A stretch of DNA of 64,000 nucleotides from the NCBI GenBank assembly GCA_965116905.1, contig OZ220732.1:1664001-1728000 (forward strand), read 5' to 3'. Under the pieces are notes generated by a model that saw only the letters and a program-made list of their open reading frames with translations, did no database searches and was not told the DNA's origin. Origin of the DNA: Longimicrobiales bacterium. Lineage in GTDB: Bacteria; Gemmatimonadota; Gemmatimonadetes; Longimicrobiales; Gaopeijiaceae. The translations under genes were made by a program, and so were the position numbers. Shown one piece after another: positions 1 through 9,249 of the stretch. The first letter of the stretch is position 1, and each line of letters opens with the position of its first letter.

Positions 1-972
1 TTGACACGTGCCCGCGAGGAGAGGACCCTCGGGCAGGTCGCGGGGCGGGTCAACCGCGTCGAGAGCGGAATGCGCAGCCTGTTCACGCGGACCGCGCGCG
101 GGTTGCCGGACGTGGCCGACGGACCGTGGCGCGAGGTGATGGTCGAACTGGACGAGGCGTGGGGCCAGCCGGCGGTCTGGAGCGCCGTCCGCGCCACCGG
201 GCAGCGCTTTACGGCCCGCCACTACCTCAATGCGGTCGACATGCAGCGGCTGCCCGATGGGTCCGTGGCTCGTCAGCCGGAAGAGCGGCGGATCTACATG
301 TCGCTCATGTGGCGCACGCTGTGGGTCAGCGGGGCGATCACGCTGCTCTGTCTCCTGCTGGGCTACCCGATCGCACATCTGATCGCCCATTCGCCGCCCC
401 GCCGGGCCAACCTGCTTCTGCTGCTGGTGCTGGTTCCGTTCTGGACCTCGCTGCTGGTGCGCACGACCGCGTGGATCGTACTGCTGCAAACGCAGGGGGT
501 GATCAACGACATCCTTGTGGCCATGGGGCTGGTCGGCGACGACGGCCGCCTCACCATGATCTACAACATGACGGGCACGATCGTGGCGATGACGCATGTA
601 CTGCTTCCGTTCATGGTCCTCCCGCTGTACTCGGTCATGCGCGCGATCCCTCCGCGGTACATGGACGCGGCCGCTTCCCTGGGCGCGACGCCCGTTCAGG
701 CCTTTCGCCGGGTCTACTGGCCCCAGACGCTGCCCGGCGTGGGCGCGGGCTCGCTCCTCGTCTTCATCCTGGCGATCGGGTACTACATCACCCCGGCGCT
801 CGTCGGCGGCTCCAGCGGTCAGCTGATCTCGAACATGGTCGCCTACCACATGCAGACGTCGCTCAACTGGGGGCTCGCGGGGGCGCTGGGCGGAATCATG
901 CTGGCAGGGGTCTTCGTGCTGTACGTACTCTACGACCGGCTCGTGGGCATCGAGCGGCTGAGCCTGAGTTGA
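1..972 (+). CDS. Polyamine/opine-type ABC transporter permease (PotB-like), 5'-truncated by window edge
   Basis: Multiple TM helices, LLVLVPFWTSLLVRT motif, EAA-like loop DAAASLGA, GYYITPALVGG; paired with next permease. Confidence 0.9.
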   Translation: MTRAREERTLGQVAGRVNRVESGMRSLFTRTARGLPDVADGPWREVMVELDEAWGQPAVWSAVRATGQRFTARHYLNAVDMQRLPDGSVARQPEERRIYMSLMWRTLWVSGAITLLCLLLGYPIAHLIAHSPPRRANLLLLLVLVPFWTSLLVRTTAWIVLLQTQGVINDILVAMGLVGDDGRLTMIYNMTGTIVAMTHVLLPFMVLPLYSVMRAIPPRYMDAAASLGATPVQAFRRVYWPQTLPGVGAGSLLVFILAIGYYITPALVGGSSGQLISNMVAYHMQTSLNWGLAGALGGIMLAGVFVLYVLYDRLVGIERLSLS

Positions 973-979
973 GATCGCC

Positions 980-1822
980 GTGTCCGTCCTGACCTCCACC
1001 GCGGGTGCCCGCAACGCGGCGCTGGGCCGCTACGCCTACCTGGGGTTCTGCGCGCTGGTGTTCCTGTTTCTGGTCGCGCCGATCCTCGTGATCGTGCCGC
1101 TCAGCTTCAACGCCGAACCGTACTTCACCTTCACCGAGGGCATGCTCAGCTTCGACGCGGAGGCGTACTCGCTGCGCTGGTATCGGGAGATCGTGGAGAA
1201 CGAGGAGTGGCGCCGGAGCCTCGTGAACAGCCTGACCATCGGGATCTCGGCCACCGCGCTTGCCACCGTTCTGGGGACGTGCGCCGCGTTGGGGCTGGCG
1301 AACGCACACATGCCCGCACGCCGCCTCGTCACCGGGCTGCTGATCTCGCCGATGGTCACCCCGGTGATCATCTCGGCGGCCGGGATGTTCTTCTTCTATT
1401 CGAGCATCGGGCTCGGCCAGACCCACCTCGGGCTGATCCTGGCGCACACCGCGCTCGGCATTCCGTTCGTGGTAATCACCGTGACGGCCACGCTCGCCAG
1501 CTTCGACAACAACCTCACCCGGGCGGCGGCGTCCCTGGGGGCGGGCCCCGTGCGCACGTTCCGCAAGGTGCAGCTGCCGCTGATCGCCCCGGGCGTGCTG
1601 TCGGGCGGGCTGTTCGCGTTCGCGACGTCCTTCGACGAGGTGGTCGTGGTGCTGTTCATGGCGGGGGTCGAGCAGCGCACGATCCCGCGCCAGATGTGGG
1701 CGGGGATCCGCGAGCAGATCAGCCCCGCGATCCTGGCCGTCGCGACCTTCCTGATCGGGTTCGCCGTGCTCCTGCTCTTCGCGGTGGAGTGGCTGAGGAG
1801 GCGGAACGGGTCGGCGCCCTAG
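980..1822 (+). CDS. Polyamine-type ABC transporter permease (PotC-like)
   Basis: PILVIVPLSF, SLRWY, RAAASLGA, FATSFDEVVV motifs. Confidence 0.9.
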   Translation: MSVLTSTAGARNAALGRYAYLGFCALVFLFLVAPILVIVPLSFNAEPYFTFTEGMLSFDAEAYSLRWYREIVENEEWRRSLVNSLTIGISATALATVLGTCAALGLANAHMPARRLVTGLLISPMVTPVIISAAGMFFFYSSIGLGQTHLGLILAHTALGIPFVVITVTATLASFDNNLTRAAASLGAGPVRTFRKVQLPLIAPGVLSGGLFAFATSFDEVVVVLFMAGVEQRTIPRQMWAGIREQISPAILAVATFLIGFAVLLLFAVEWLRRRNGSAP

Positions 1823-1833
1823 CGCGGATAGCC

Positions 1834-1925
1834 GCGTCCGGCCCCGCGCTGCGGCGTCCGGCCCTGCGCAGTGCGTCCGGCCCTGGCGCAGTGCGTCCGG
1901 CCCCGCGCCAGGTGCGTCCGCCCCC
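1834..1925. repeat. Degenerate tandem repeat, 5 copies of a ~20-nt unit with core GCGTCCG(G)CCC
   Basis: Cores at ~1834, 1854, 1873, 1893, 1914 between convergent genes. Confidence 0.85.
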
Positions 1926-1931
1926 GCCCGC

Positions 1932-2363
1932 TCAGTTGTTCGGCGCGCCCGCCTCGATCCACGCCCGGATCAGCGCGATCTCGTCTTCGGGCACCGGGTC
2001 GCCCGCCTCGGGCATGGTCCCGTCGGTGATCATGTCCAGCAGGAAGCTGTTGGCCGGATCTCCCGCCTCGATGACCGTCCCGAATTCGGACCCCATCATG
2101 ACCCGCTCGTAGTTGAGAAGGTTCAGGCTGACCTCGGTGCGCACCTCGCCGTTTTCGTCCTCGGCGCCGTGACACTCGGCGCAACGTTGCCGGAAAATGG
2201 GCAGGATGTCCTCGGCGAAGCTGACGGTATCCTGGGGCACGGTCAAAGCGGCCACTCCGCCGGATCCGAGCGACCCCGAAGCCCCCAGGCTCACCACCAC
2301 AGCACCCGCCACCAGAATCGCGGACGCACCCCGTGCCTTGTTCACTATTCGCTCAATTGTCAT
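1932..2363 (-). CDS. Exported monoheme cytochrome c (planctomycete cytochrome c / PSCyt1-like)
   Basis: Signal peptide, VSFAEDILPIF..CAECHG heme motif, GDPANSFL, distal MP, IRAWIEAGA. Confidence 0.85.
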   Translation of the reverse strand: MTIERIVNKARGASAILVAGAVVVSLGASGSLGSGGVAALTVPQDTVSFAEDILPIFRQRCAECHGAEDENGEVRTEVSLNLLNYERVMMGSEFGTVIEAGDPANSFLLDMITDGTMPEAGDPVPEDEIALIRAWIEAGAPNN

Positions 2364-2379
2364 GGATGCTCCGAGGTGG

Positions 2380-3033
2380 TCAACCCAGCCCCTCGGCCTC
2401 CTTCATCAGGCGCAGGTGCGTAGCCGCCTGCTCCAGGCCGCCTTCGCCCTCGCCCCAGGACACGCGCCCGTTCCCGTCGGCGTCGGTGCCGGACAGGATC
2501 GCCTGGGTCATCGCGGCGATCTCCTCCGCGAGCGCCTTCGCAGCCGCCATGTCGGTGGCGGCTGCAACCTCGGCCGCCTTCTCGGCGATGCTCTCGGCCC
2601 ACATCGCGACGTTGCTGCAGCTCGTCCCGACATGGTTCGAGTGGGCCTTGACCGCGTCCGAAGCGTCGTCGGACCCGCCGGCCATGCCGATGTGCTGGGC
2701 ACAGCCGCCGGCCGCCCGCGCGAGCCCATAGCCCTTGCCGGGACCCCTCTCGGAGGTCGACGGATCGACCGCGTGCAGCACGTGGACGATGTGCCGCTGA
2801 ATCCCGGCCAGATCGTCGGATCCCGCCGCCAGGCCGGCGTGCTGAGCTGCGACCTCCGCCTCGGCCTGGGCGGCCGCGAGCAACCCGACGTTGTCCGGGG
2901 TGCCGTTGAACATGTCGCCGACATGGCCGATGTGACGGTGCGCGGCGCTTTGGGCTTCCGCGGTATCGGGCGCAGCGGCCACGAGGACCGCGGCTGCCAG
3001 GGCTGCGCCGATCGCGACGTTCGCTTTCGCCAT
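2380..3033 (-). CDS. Secreted His-rich helical hypothetical protein with C-terminal EF-hand-like loop
   Basis: ATG at 3033 with AAGGAG RBS; signal peptide ending AEA-Q; 11 His in the mature part; DADGNGRVSWGE. Confidence 0.75.
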   Translation of the reverse strand: MAKANVAIGAALAAAVLVAAAPDTAEAQSAAHRHIGHVGDMFNGTPDNVGLLAAAQAEAEVAAQHAGLAAGSDDLAGIQRHIVHVLHAVDPSTSERGPGKGYGLARAAGGCAQHIGMAGGSDDASDAVKAHSNHVGTSCSNVAMWAESIAEKAAEVAAATDMAAAKALAEEIAAMTQAILSGTDADGNGRVSWGEGEGGLEQAATHLRLMKEAEGLG

Positions 3034-3252
3034 GTTGCTACTCCTTGGGTTTAGAGTGTGACGATTTCGTAAGACAGGTCGTTTGCGGGCGAAAAAGGTA
3101 CGCATCTTTGCCGGGCTGAACCAGATGGGGCCACGCCGCCACACGGCCGGCCGGCCCGCGCCTGGCCCCTGTTGCCGCCCGGGCCCGAGCCATAGACTTG
3201 CCCCAGGCCGGTCCCCGAGCCGGTCGCGACACCCGAACACGGCCAGAATGCC

Positions 3253-4143
3253 ATGTCCCCGCGCAAGCCGAAGACCCCGACTCTCCCGCTGATCCTGTCG
3301 CTGGCTGTGACCGTCACGGCTGCGTTCTCCGCCGCCGGTTGCGCCGCTCCAGAGCAGCCGGGCTCCGCAGAGGCCGGAGCGGACGCCGCGGCCGATCCCG
3401 CCGCTGCCACGTCCACCGCCGCCGCCACCGCCGCCCCTGCCGACGCGTCAGCCCTCGCCCAGCTCCTCGCTGACGGCCGCGCGGTCTTCGGCACGTTCTC
3501 CGGCCCCACCACTGCCGAACAGGGCGCGCTGATGGGCCAGAACCGCGACCTCGACTTCGTCTTCTACTCCCTGGAGTCCGGCCCGTTCGACATTATGTCA
3601 ACCAGAGTTTACATGTCGGGCATTGCGGAAGGGTCGGGAACCGAAGCGCCGCACCCCCTGATCCTGCGTGTGCCGCCGATCAGAAACGGTGTGGACGCGG
3701 CCGCCGCCCACGTCGCCGAGGCGCTGGACGCCGGTGTGGCCGCGATCGTCTTCCCCCATGTGGAATCAGCGGAGGACGCCGCCGTGGCCGTCTCGGTGAT
3801 GGGCGATGAACTCTGGCCCGGCAACGCATCGGGCACGCTGCTGAGCATCCTGATCGTAGAGGATCGCAGCGGGGTCGAGCGCGTGGACGAGATCGTCGCG
3901 ACGCCGGGCGTGAGCGTGGTCTTCGCCGGTCCTGGCGACCTGCGCCGCTCCTACGAGGGTGACATGGAGGCGGTGGAAGGCGCGATCCAGACCGTGCTGT
4001 CAGCGTGCCAGGCCCACGGGGTGCCGTGCGGCATTACCGCGGGCGTCGACGATGTCGCCGAACGGATCGCGCAGGGCTTCCGAATGTTTATCGTGAGTGA
4101 TCCGGCGGCGGTGACGGCGGGGCGGATGGCGGCGGGGCGCTAG
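3253..4143 (+). CDS. HpcH/HpaI aldolase/citrate-lyase-family protein with lipoprotein signal
   Basis: Lipobox AAGC; LILRVP, ALDAGV.AIVFPHVES, IVED, GPGDL motifs. Confidence 0.8.
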   Translation: MSPRKPKTPTLPLILSLAVTVTAAFSAAGCAAPEQPGSAEAGADAAADPAAATSTAAATAAPADASALAQLLADGRAVFGTFSGPTTAEQGALMGQNRDLDFVFYSLESGPFDIMSTRVYMSGIAEGSGTEAPHPLILRVPPIRNGVDAAAAHVAEALDAGVAAIVFPHVESAEDAAVAVSVMGDELWPGNASGTLLSILIVEDRSGVERVDEIVATPGVSVVFAGPGDLRRSYEGDMEAVEGAIQTVLSACQAHGVPCGITAGVDDVAERIAQGFRMFIVSDPAAVTAGRMAAGR

Positions 4144-4180
4144 GCCGAGCACGGACCCATCGGCAGGACTCGTCGCGCTC

Positions 4181-4215
4181 TTAGTTTAGTTTACGGTCTA
4201 AACTGTACTAACAGT
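4181..4215. promoter_or_regulatory. AT-rich palindromic candidate operator AGTTTAG-N8-CTAAACT with overlapping ACTGT-N4-ACAGT
   Basis: Inverted repeats at 4183-4204 and 4202-4215 in a GC-rich context, upstream of the M14 peptidase. Confidence 0.45.
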
Positions 4216-4374
4216 CGCACAGCATGCGCGGGCCCTCGTTGAACTCGCTCTGACGATTGATCGGTCGGAATGCCCGGTGCCCGGACGGCACACCTTGCGC
4301 CGAAGCGCGGATCTGCCCCCATAATGCCACTGTCCGACCCTCCTTTCCCTGAGCCCACGGACCCGGAAACTCCC

Positions 4375-7029
4375 ATGCGACACCTCTCTTCGACTCCCGC
4401 AGGCGCAACGGTGACCGCCAGGTGGGCCGGACGCGCGATCATCACGGCCGCGCTGGCCACCATCGCCCTCGCTCCCCAATCCACCGCCGCCCAGGCCGAC
4501 AACGCCCAGCGTGCGCCGATCCCCTCGCCCGAGGAGTTCTTCGGCCACCAGATGGGCGCGGACCGCAAGCTGGCCCGGTGGGACAGGCTGGTCGAGTACT
4601 ACGAACTGATCGACGCCGCCAGCGACCGGGTGCAGGTCGTGCACATGGGGCCGTCGACGCTGGGTGAGCCATTCCTCTCGATCTACGTCTCGGCGCCCGA
4701 GAACCTCGCCCGACTCGACGACTTCAAGCGCATGAACGCCGTGCTGCAGGACCCGCGCGGGCACACGCAGGCCGAGATCGACGACGCGGTCGCGAACGGC
4801 AAGGTCGTCTTCGTGCAGTCGTACGCGCTCCACTCCACCGAGGTCGCGTGCAGCCAGTCGCCCGCCGAGGTCATGTACCTCTTCGCCACCCGCGACGACG
4901 CGGCGATCCACGAGATCCTCGACAACACGATCTCGATCCTGATCCCCGCCTTCAATCCGGACGGCGTGGGCATCGTCAACGAGTGGTACGACCGCTGGGT
5001 CGGCACCGAGTACGAGGGCGCGAGTCCGCCGGAGCTCTACCACCACTACATCGGCCACGACAACAACCGTGACGCCTTCATGCAGAACACCGTCGAGTCG
5101 CGCTACGGGGCCGAGATCCTGTTCCGCGAGTGGATCCCGCAGGCGTACATCGACCACCACCAGATGGGGCCGTACACCGCCCGCATCTACCTGCCTCCCT
5201 ATGCCGAGCCGATCCGCCCCGGGGGCGACCCGCTCGTGTGGCGCGAAATGGCGTGGTACGGCGCGCACATGGCGTACCGGATGGAGGAGGAGGGCTTCCA
5301 GGGCACGGTGAACGCCGCGATCTACTCGGGGTGGGGGCACTTCGGGTTCCACTGGATCACGCCCTTCCACAACATCGCGGGCATGCTCACGGAGTCGGCC
5401 AGCGCCCGCCTCGCGACGCCGCTCTACGTGCATCCGGACCAGTTGCAGGGCTCGCGCCAGCTCCCCGAGTACGAGGCTCAGACGACCTTCCCGAACCCGT
5501 GGCCGGGCGGCTGGTGGCGCGTGCGCGACATCGTGGAGCGGCAGATCGTCGCGACCTTCTCGCCGCTCGAGATCGCCGCGAAGAATCGCGAGACCGTGCT
5601 GCGCAACGCGCACAACAAGTCGAGCCGCCAGATTCAGCGCGGCCGGGAGGGCGACGTCAAGGCCTACGTGATTCCCGCGGCCCAGCACGACCCCCTGACC
5701 ATGGCCAAAATGGTCGACAAACTGCTCCTGCAGGGCATCACGGTCGAGCGCGCGCCCGCCGACTTCACCCACGAGGGCCGCGTCTACGGCGAAGGCAGCT
5801 ACGTGGTCTCGCTCGCTCAGCCGAAGCGCGGCGTCATCCGCTGGCTCCTGGGCCAGACGTACTATCCGGACAACAGCTACACGCGCACGGCGTCCGGCGA
5901 CCCGATCCGCCCGTACGACATGTCGGCCGACGTGATCGCGGAGTTCATGGGGGTCAGGGTCGACCCCGTCGGCACGGCTGTCGAGGCCGACCTGACGGTG
6001 GTGTCCGGCCCCGTTGAGCCTGCGGGGATGGTCGCCGCTTCCGCGCCGCACGGATACCGGATCGATGGCACCCTCAACGACGCCTTCAGGGCCGTCAACA
6101 TGCTCTTCACAGCGGGCGCCTCGGTGCGGCGGGCGACCGGCAGCGGCGCGGGAGCGGGGCCCGGCGACTTCATCGTCGAGCCCGGCGCGGCCCCCGACGC
6201 GCTCGCCGAGATCGCGGCCGCCACCGGCGTCGACTTCACCGCGCTCGCCGGCGACCCCTCGGGAATCAGCCACCCGCTCACCCGGCGGCGCATCGGCATG
6301 TACCAGCGCTTCTACGGCGGCAACATGGACGAAGGCTGGACGCGGTGGCTGCTGGAAGATTTCGGTTTCGAGTACACGTCGCTCTTCGATCCCGAGATCC
6401 TGGCGGGCGACCTGCACGAGCGCTGGGACGTGATCATCCTGCCCAACGACTCGCGCACCATGATGCTTGGGCCCACGGAGCGGGCGCCGGGGGGCCGCGG
6501 ACCCGACCCGTCCGGCACTCCGCCCGACTACCGGAGCGGCTTCGGCGAGGCCGGTGTGGCGGCCCTCGACGCATTCGTCCGCGGCGGCGGCACGCTGGTG
6601 ACCTTCGCTCAGGCCGGCGACCTGGTCCTGGAGGGCTTCGACGTCCCCGTGCGCAACGCGGTGGCCGGCATGTGGGGGAACGAGTTCTGGGCCCCCGGAT
6701 CCACGCTCAAGGTGAAGGTCGACACATCGAGCCCCTACGGGTACGGCATGCCGGAGGACGCGCTCGCCGCGTATCTCGCCGGCGGTCAGGTCTACGAGAC
6801 GATGCCGGGCGCGCGCAGCTCGGACGTGCGGCGCGTGGTCACCTACATCGACCGCGACATCCTGCAAAGCGGCTGGCTGCTGGGTGAGGAGGCGATCGCG
6901 AACAAGGCGGCCATGGTCTCGGTGGCCCACGGCGAGGGCACGATCGTCATGATCGGGTTCCGCGCCCAGCATCGCGCACAGACCCACGGCACGTTCAAGC
7001 TGGTGTTCAACGCGCTGGTGGGAGGGTAG
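4375..7029 (+). CDS. Secreted M14-family zinc carboxypeptidase-like protein with C-terminal glutamine-amidotransferase-like domain
   Basis: HSTE zinc motif, NPDG, GHDNNRD, DHHQMG; signal peptide from ATG 4375 (start uncertain). Confidence 0.88.
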   Translation: MRHLSSTPAGATVTARWAGRAIITAALATIALAPQSTAAQADNAQRAPIPSPEEFFGHQMGADRKLARWDRLVEYYELIDAASDRVQVVHMGPSTLGEPFLSIYVSAPENLARLDDFKRMNAVLQDPRGHTQAEIDDAVANGKVVFVQSYALHSTEVACSQSPAEVMYLFATRDDAAIHEILDNTISILIPAFNPDGVGIVNEWYDRWVGTEYEGASPPELYHHYIGHDNNRDAFMQNTVESRYGAEILFREWIPQAYIDHHQMGPYTARIYLPPYAEPIRPGGDPLVWREMAWYGAHMAYRMEEEGFQGTVNAAIYSGWGHFGFHWITPFHNIAGMLTESASARLATPLYVHPDQLQGSRQLPEYEAQTTFPNPWPGGWWRVRDIVERQIVATFSPLEIAAKNRETVLRNAHNKSSRQIQRGREGDVKAYVIPAAQHDPLTMAKMVDKLLLQGITVERAPADFTHEGRVYGEGSYVVSLAQPKRGVIRWLLGQTYYPDNSYTRTASGDPIRPYDMSADVIAEFMGVRVDPVGTAVEADLTVVSGPVEPAGMVAASAPHGYRIDGTLNDAFRAVNMLFTAGASVRRATGSGAGAGPGDFIVEPGAAPDALAEIAAATGVDFTALAGDPSGISHPLTRRRIGMYQRFYGGNMDEGWTRWLLEDFGFEYTSLFDPEILAGDLHERWDVIILPNDSRTMMLGPTERAPGGRGPDPSGTPPDYRSGFGEAGVAALDAFVRGGGTLVTFAQAGDLVLEGFDVPVRNAVAGMWGNEFWAPGSTLKVKVDTSSPYGYGMPEDALAAYLAGGQVYETMPGARSSDVRRVVTYIDRDILQSGWLLGEEAIANKAAMVSVAHGEGTIVMIGFRAQHRAQTHGTFKLVFNALVGG

Positions 7030-7140
7030 GGGGCTGCCGACCGGCAGGCGCGCTTCGAGTGGGTTGAAGTCGCGGGTGTCGTCCTGTAGCAGGCTCCCCC
7101 GCGCCCTCCCACGGCTTCCCGCGCCCTCCCGCGCTCTCCC

Positions 7141-7947
7141 TCACCGCCCTGACAGCACCTCCCGCAGCCGCTCCAGACCCTCCCGCGTGTTGGCCGCCAT
7201 GACCGAGCCCGGCGTCGCATCCAGGCGACCGCCCTCGACGCGCTCCGCCACGCCGCCCGCCTCGGTCACCAGCAGGATTCCCGCGCCGAAGTCCCAGGGC
7301 GCCAGGCGGGCCTCCCAGAAGCCGTCCAGGATGCCGTTGGCGACGTAGGCCAGGTCGATCGCGGCGGCTCCGGTTCGCCGCACGCCCGAGGTGTGCCGCA
7401 ACGCCCGGTCCAGTTCGGCCAGGTATTGGGCGAGCACGTCATGCGCCTTGAACGGGAAGCCGGTGCCGAGCAGGTATCGGTCGGTGCGCGACGTGTGGCT
7501 GACCTGGATCCGCTTGCCGTTCTCGTACGCGCCCTGTTCCCGCGCCGCGAACCACGCCTTGCCCAGCGCGCGGGCCTCGACCGCCGCCGCAAGGGGGCCG
7601 TCGGCGTCCCAGACCGCCACCGATGCCGCGTGATAGGGGTGGCCGTGCAGGAAGTTGGTCGTGCCGTCGAGCGGATCCACGAGCCAGAGGTACTCGGTGC
7701 CTTCCGCGCCGGGACGCCCGCCGCCCTCCTCTTCGGCGAGAATGCGGTGGTGCGGATGCCGGGTCGCGATGACCTCCAGCGCTGCCTCCTGGGCCTTCAT
7801 GTCCACGTCCGACACGAAGTCGCTGGACATCGTCTTCTCGTTCACCCATCGTCCGCCGGCGTCGCCGATGGCCGCCTCGTGTACCGATGCCGCCACCCGC
7901 GCCGCCTCCCGTGCGGTCGCCAGCAGAACGTCCGATCTTTCTCGCAT
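7141..7947 (-). CDS. suhB: Inositol monophosphatase family protein
   Basis: AEE, WLVDPLDGTTNFLHG, RRTGAAAIDLAYVA, WDFGAG. Confidence 0.9.
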   Translation of the reverse strand: MRERSDVLLATAREAARVAASVHEAAIGDAGGRWVNEKTMSSDFVSDVDMKAQEAALEVIATRHPHHRILAEEEGGGRPGAEGTEYLWLVDPLDGTTNFLHGHPYHAASVAVWDADGPLAAAVEARALGKAWFAAREQGAYENGKRIQVSHTSRTDRYLLGTGFPFKAHDVLAQYLAELDRALRHTSGVRRTGAAAIDLAYVANGILDGFWEARLAPWDFGAGILLVTEAGGVAERVEGGRLDATPGSVMAANTREGLERLREVLSGR

Positions 7948-7960
7948 GGATGAATCCGGT

Positions 7961-8036
7961 GGGTCATGCTCGGGCCGCAGGGTCGTATGCGGCCGCGGGG
8001 GCGTCCTCGGGCCGCAGGGTCGTACTCGCGGCCACG
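7961..8036. repeat. Degenerate tandem repeat, 4 copies of an 18-20-nt unit GGGTCGTxxTCGGGCCGCA
   Basis: Exact CTCGGGCCGCAGGGTCGTA at 7969 and 8006; divergent suhB/trpS intergenic region. Confidence 0.75.
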
Positions 8037-8181
8037 CTACGCTAACTTAGTATCTTCGGTGGCTCGCGAATCCCCGGGACAGGACGCTGGCTGCCGAGGG
8101 TAACCACCCCGTCGCCCCGGTGCCGCGCGCCGAGCAACGATCCGCCCCTCCGACCCGCAACACCACAGTCCGCCGACACCC

Positions 8182-9249
8182 ATGCCCCCTCGCAAACGCG
8201 TCTACTCCGGCATCCAGCCGACCGCGGTCATGACCATCGGCAACTACTTCGGGGCCGTGCAGAACTGGGTGAGGCTGCAGGACGAGTGCGACTGCGTCTA
8301 CTGCGTCGTGGACCTTCACGCCATGACGGGAAGCTACGACGCGGAGGAACTGCGGCGGGCGTCGCGCGAGATGTTCGTGAGTCTTTTGGCAGCCGGCATC
8401 GATCCCGATCGAACGACCGTCTACATCCAGTCGACCGTGCCGGAACAGACCGAGCTGTGCTGGATGCTGGCCACGCTCACATCGCTCGGCGACCTGTCGC
8501 GCATGACCCAGTTCAAGGAGAAGTCCGGCCTCCTCAAGGGCGAACTGGCCGAGGATTCGGGAACCTTCATTTCCGCGGGGCTGCTCTTCTACCCCGTGCT
8601 CCAGGCGGCCGACATCCTCGCGTACCGCGCCGACTGCGTCCCCGTCGGGCAGGACCAGTCGCAGCACCTGGAACTCAGCCGCGGGATCGCCCGTAGATTC
8701 AACTCGCGTTTCGGCTACCTCTTCCCCGAACCGGAGACACTGCACACGCCGGTCACGAAGGTCCTGTCCACCGCCGACCCGACCCGCAAGATGAGCAAGA
8801 GCCTCGGACCACGGCACTACATCGGGCTCTTCGAGGAGGAGGACTCGATTCGCAAGAAGATCCGCTCCGCCGTGACCGACTCGGGAATGCCCGCGAATGC
8901 CGGGGCGCCCGGCGAGGACGACGGCGATGACCGGCAGGCCAGCCCCGGAATCGAGAACCTCCTGACCATGCTGACGGCGTGTGGTCACGCGGACGACGCC
9001 GACCAGATGCGTGCGGACTATTTCGCGGGTACCTTGCGTTACGTTGATCTGAAGGGGCGGACGGCCGATGCCCTGGTCGCCCTCACGAGCGAGATGCGCG
9101 AGCGCCGCGCCGACATCCTGCGGAGCGAAACCGACCTGGACGGAAGGATCATGGAGATGGCGGGGAAGGCGCGCGCCATGGCCGGAGACACCCTGGCCAT
9201 CGCGAGGGACAAGCTCGGCGTATTCCAACCAAAAGGAGCGGTACCATAG
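8182..9249 (+). CDS. trpS: Tryptophanyl-tRNA synthetase
   Basis: SGIQPT..TIGNY, YPVLQAADIL, VPVGQDQ.QHLE, KMSKS. Confidence 0.97.
   Translation: MPPRKRVYSGIQPTAVMTIGNYFGAVQNWVRLQDECDCVYCVVDLHAMTGSYDAEELRRASREMFVSLLAAGIDPDRTTVYIQSTVPEQTELCWMLATLTSLGDLSRMTQFKEKSGLLKGELAEDSGTFISAGLLFYPVLQAADILAYRADCVPVGQDQSQHLELSRGIARRFNSRFGYLFPEPETLHTPVTKVLSTADPTRKMSKSLGPRHYIGLFEEEDSIRKKIRSAVTDSGMPANAGAPGEDDGDDRQASPGIENLLTMLTACGHADDADQMRADYFAGTLRYVDLKGRTADALVALTSEMRERRADILRSETDLDGRIMEMAGKARAMAGDTLAIARDKLGVFQPKGAVP

Noticed and set aside
1834..1925. CRISPR-like appearance of 20-nt periodic repeats (also 24431-24510)
   Set aside because: Units are head-to-tail without unique 25-45-nt spacers, and there are no cas genes.
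4198..6987. 929-aa minus-strand ORF, and similar long antisense ORFs (e.g. 41401..43428, 48751..50562, 22756..24261, 8047..9228)
   Set aside because: Shadow ORFs opposite well-supported genes; typical of high-GC DNA, with no motifs and Arg/Gly/His-rich composition.
8057..8181. T-box riboswitch or SRP RNA near trpS/ffh
   Set aside because: Lacks the T-box AGGGTGGNACCGCG and SRP domain IV CAGG..GGAA..AGCAG signatures.
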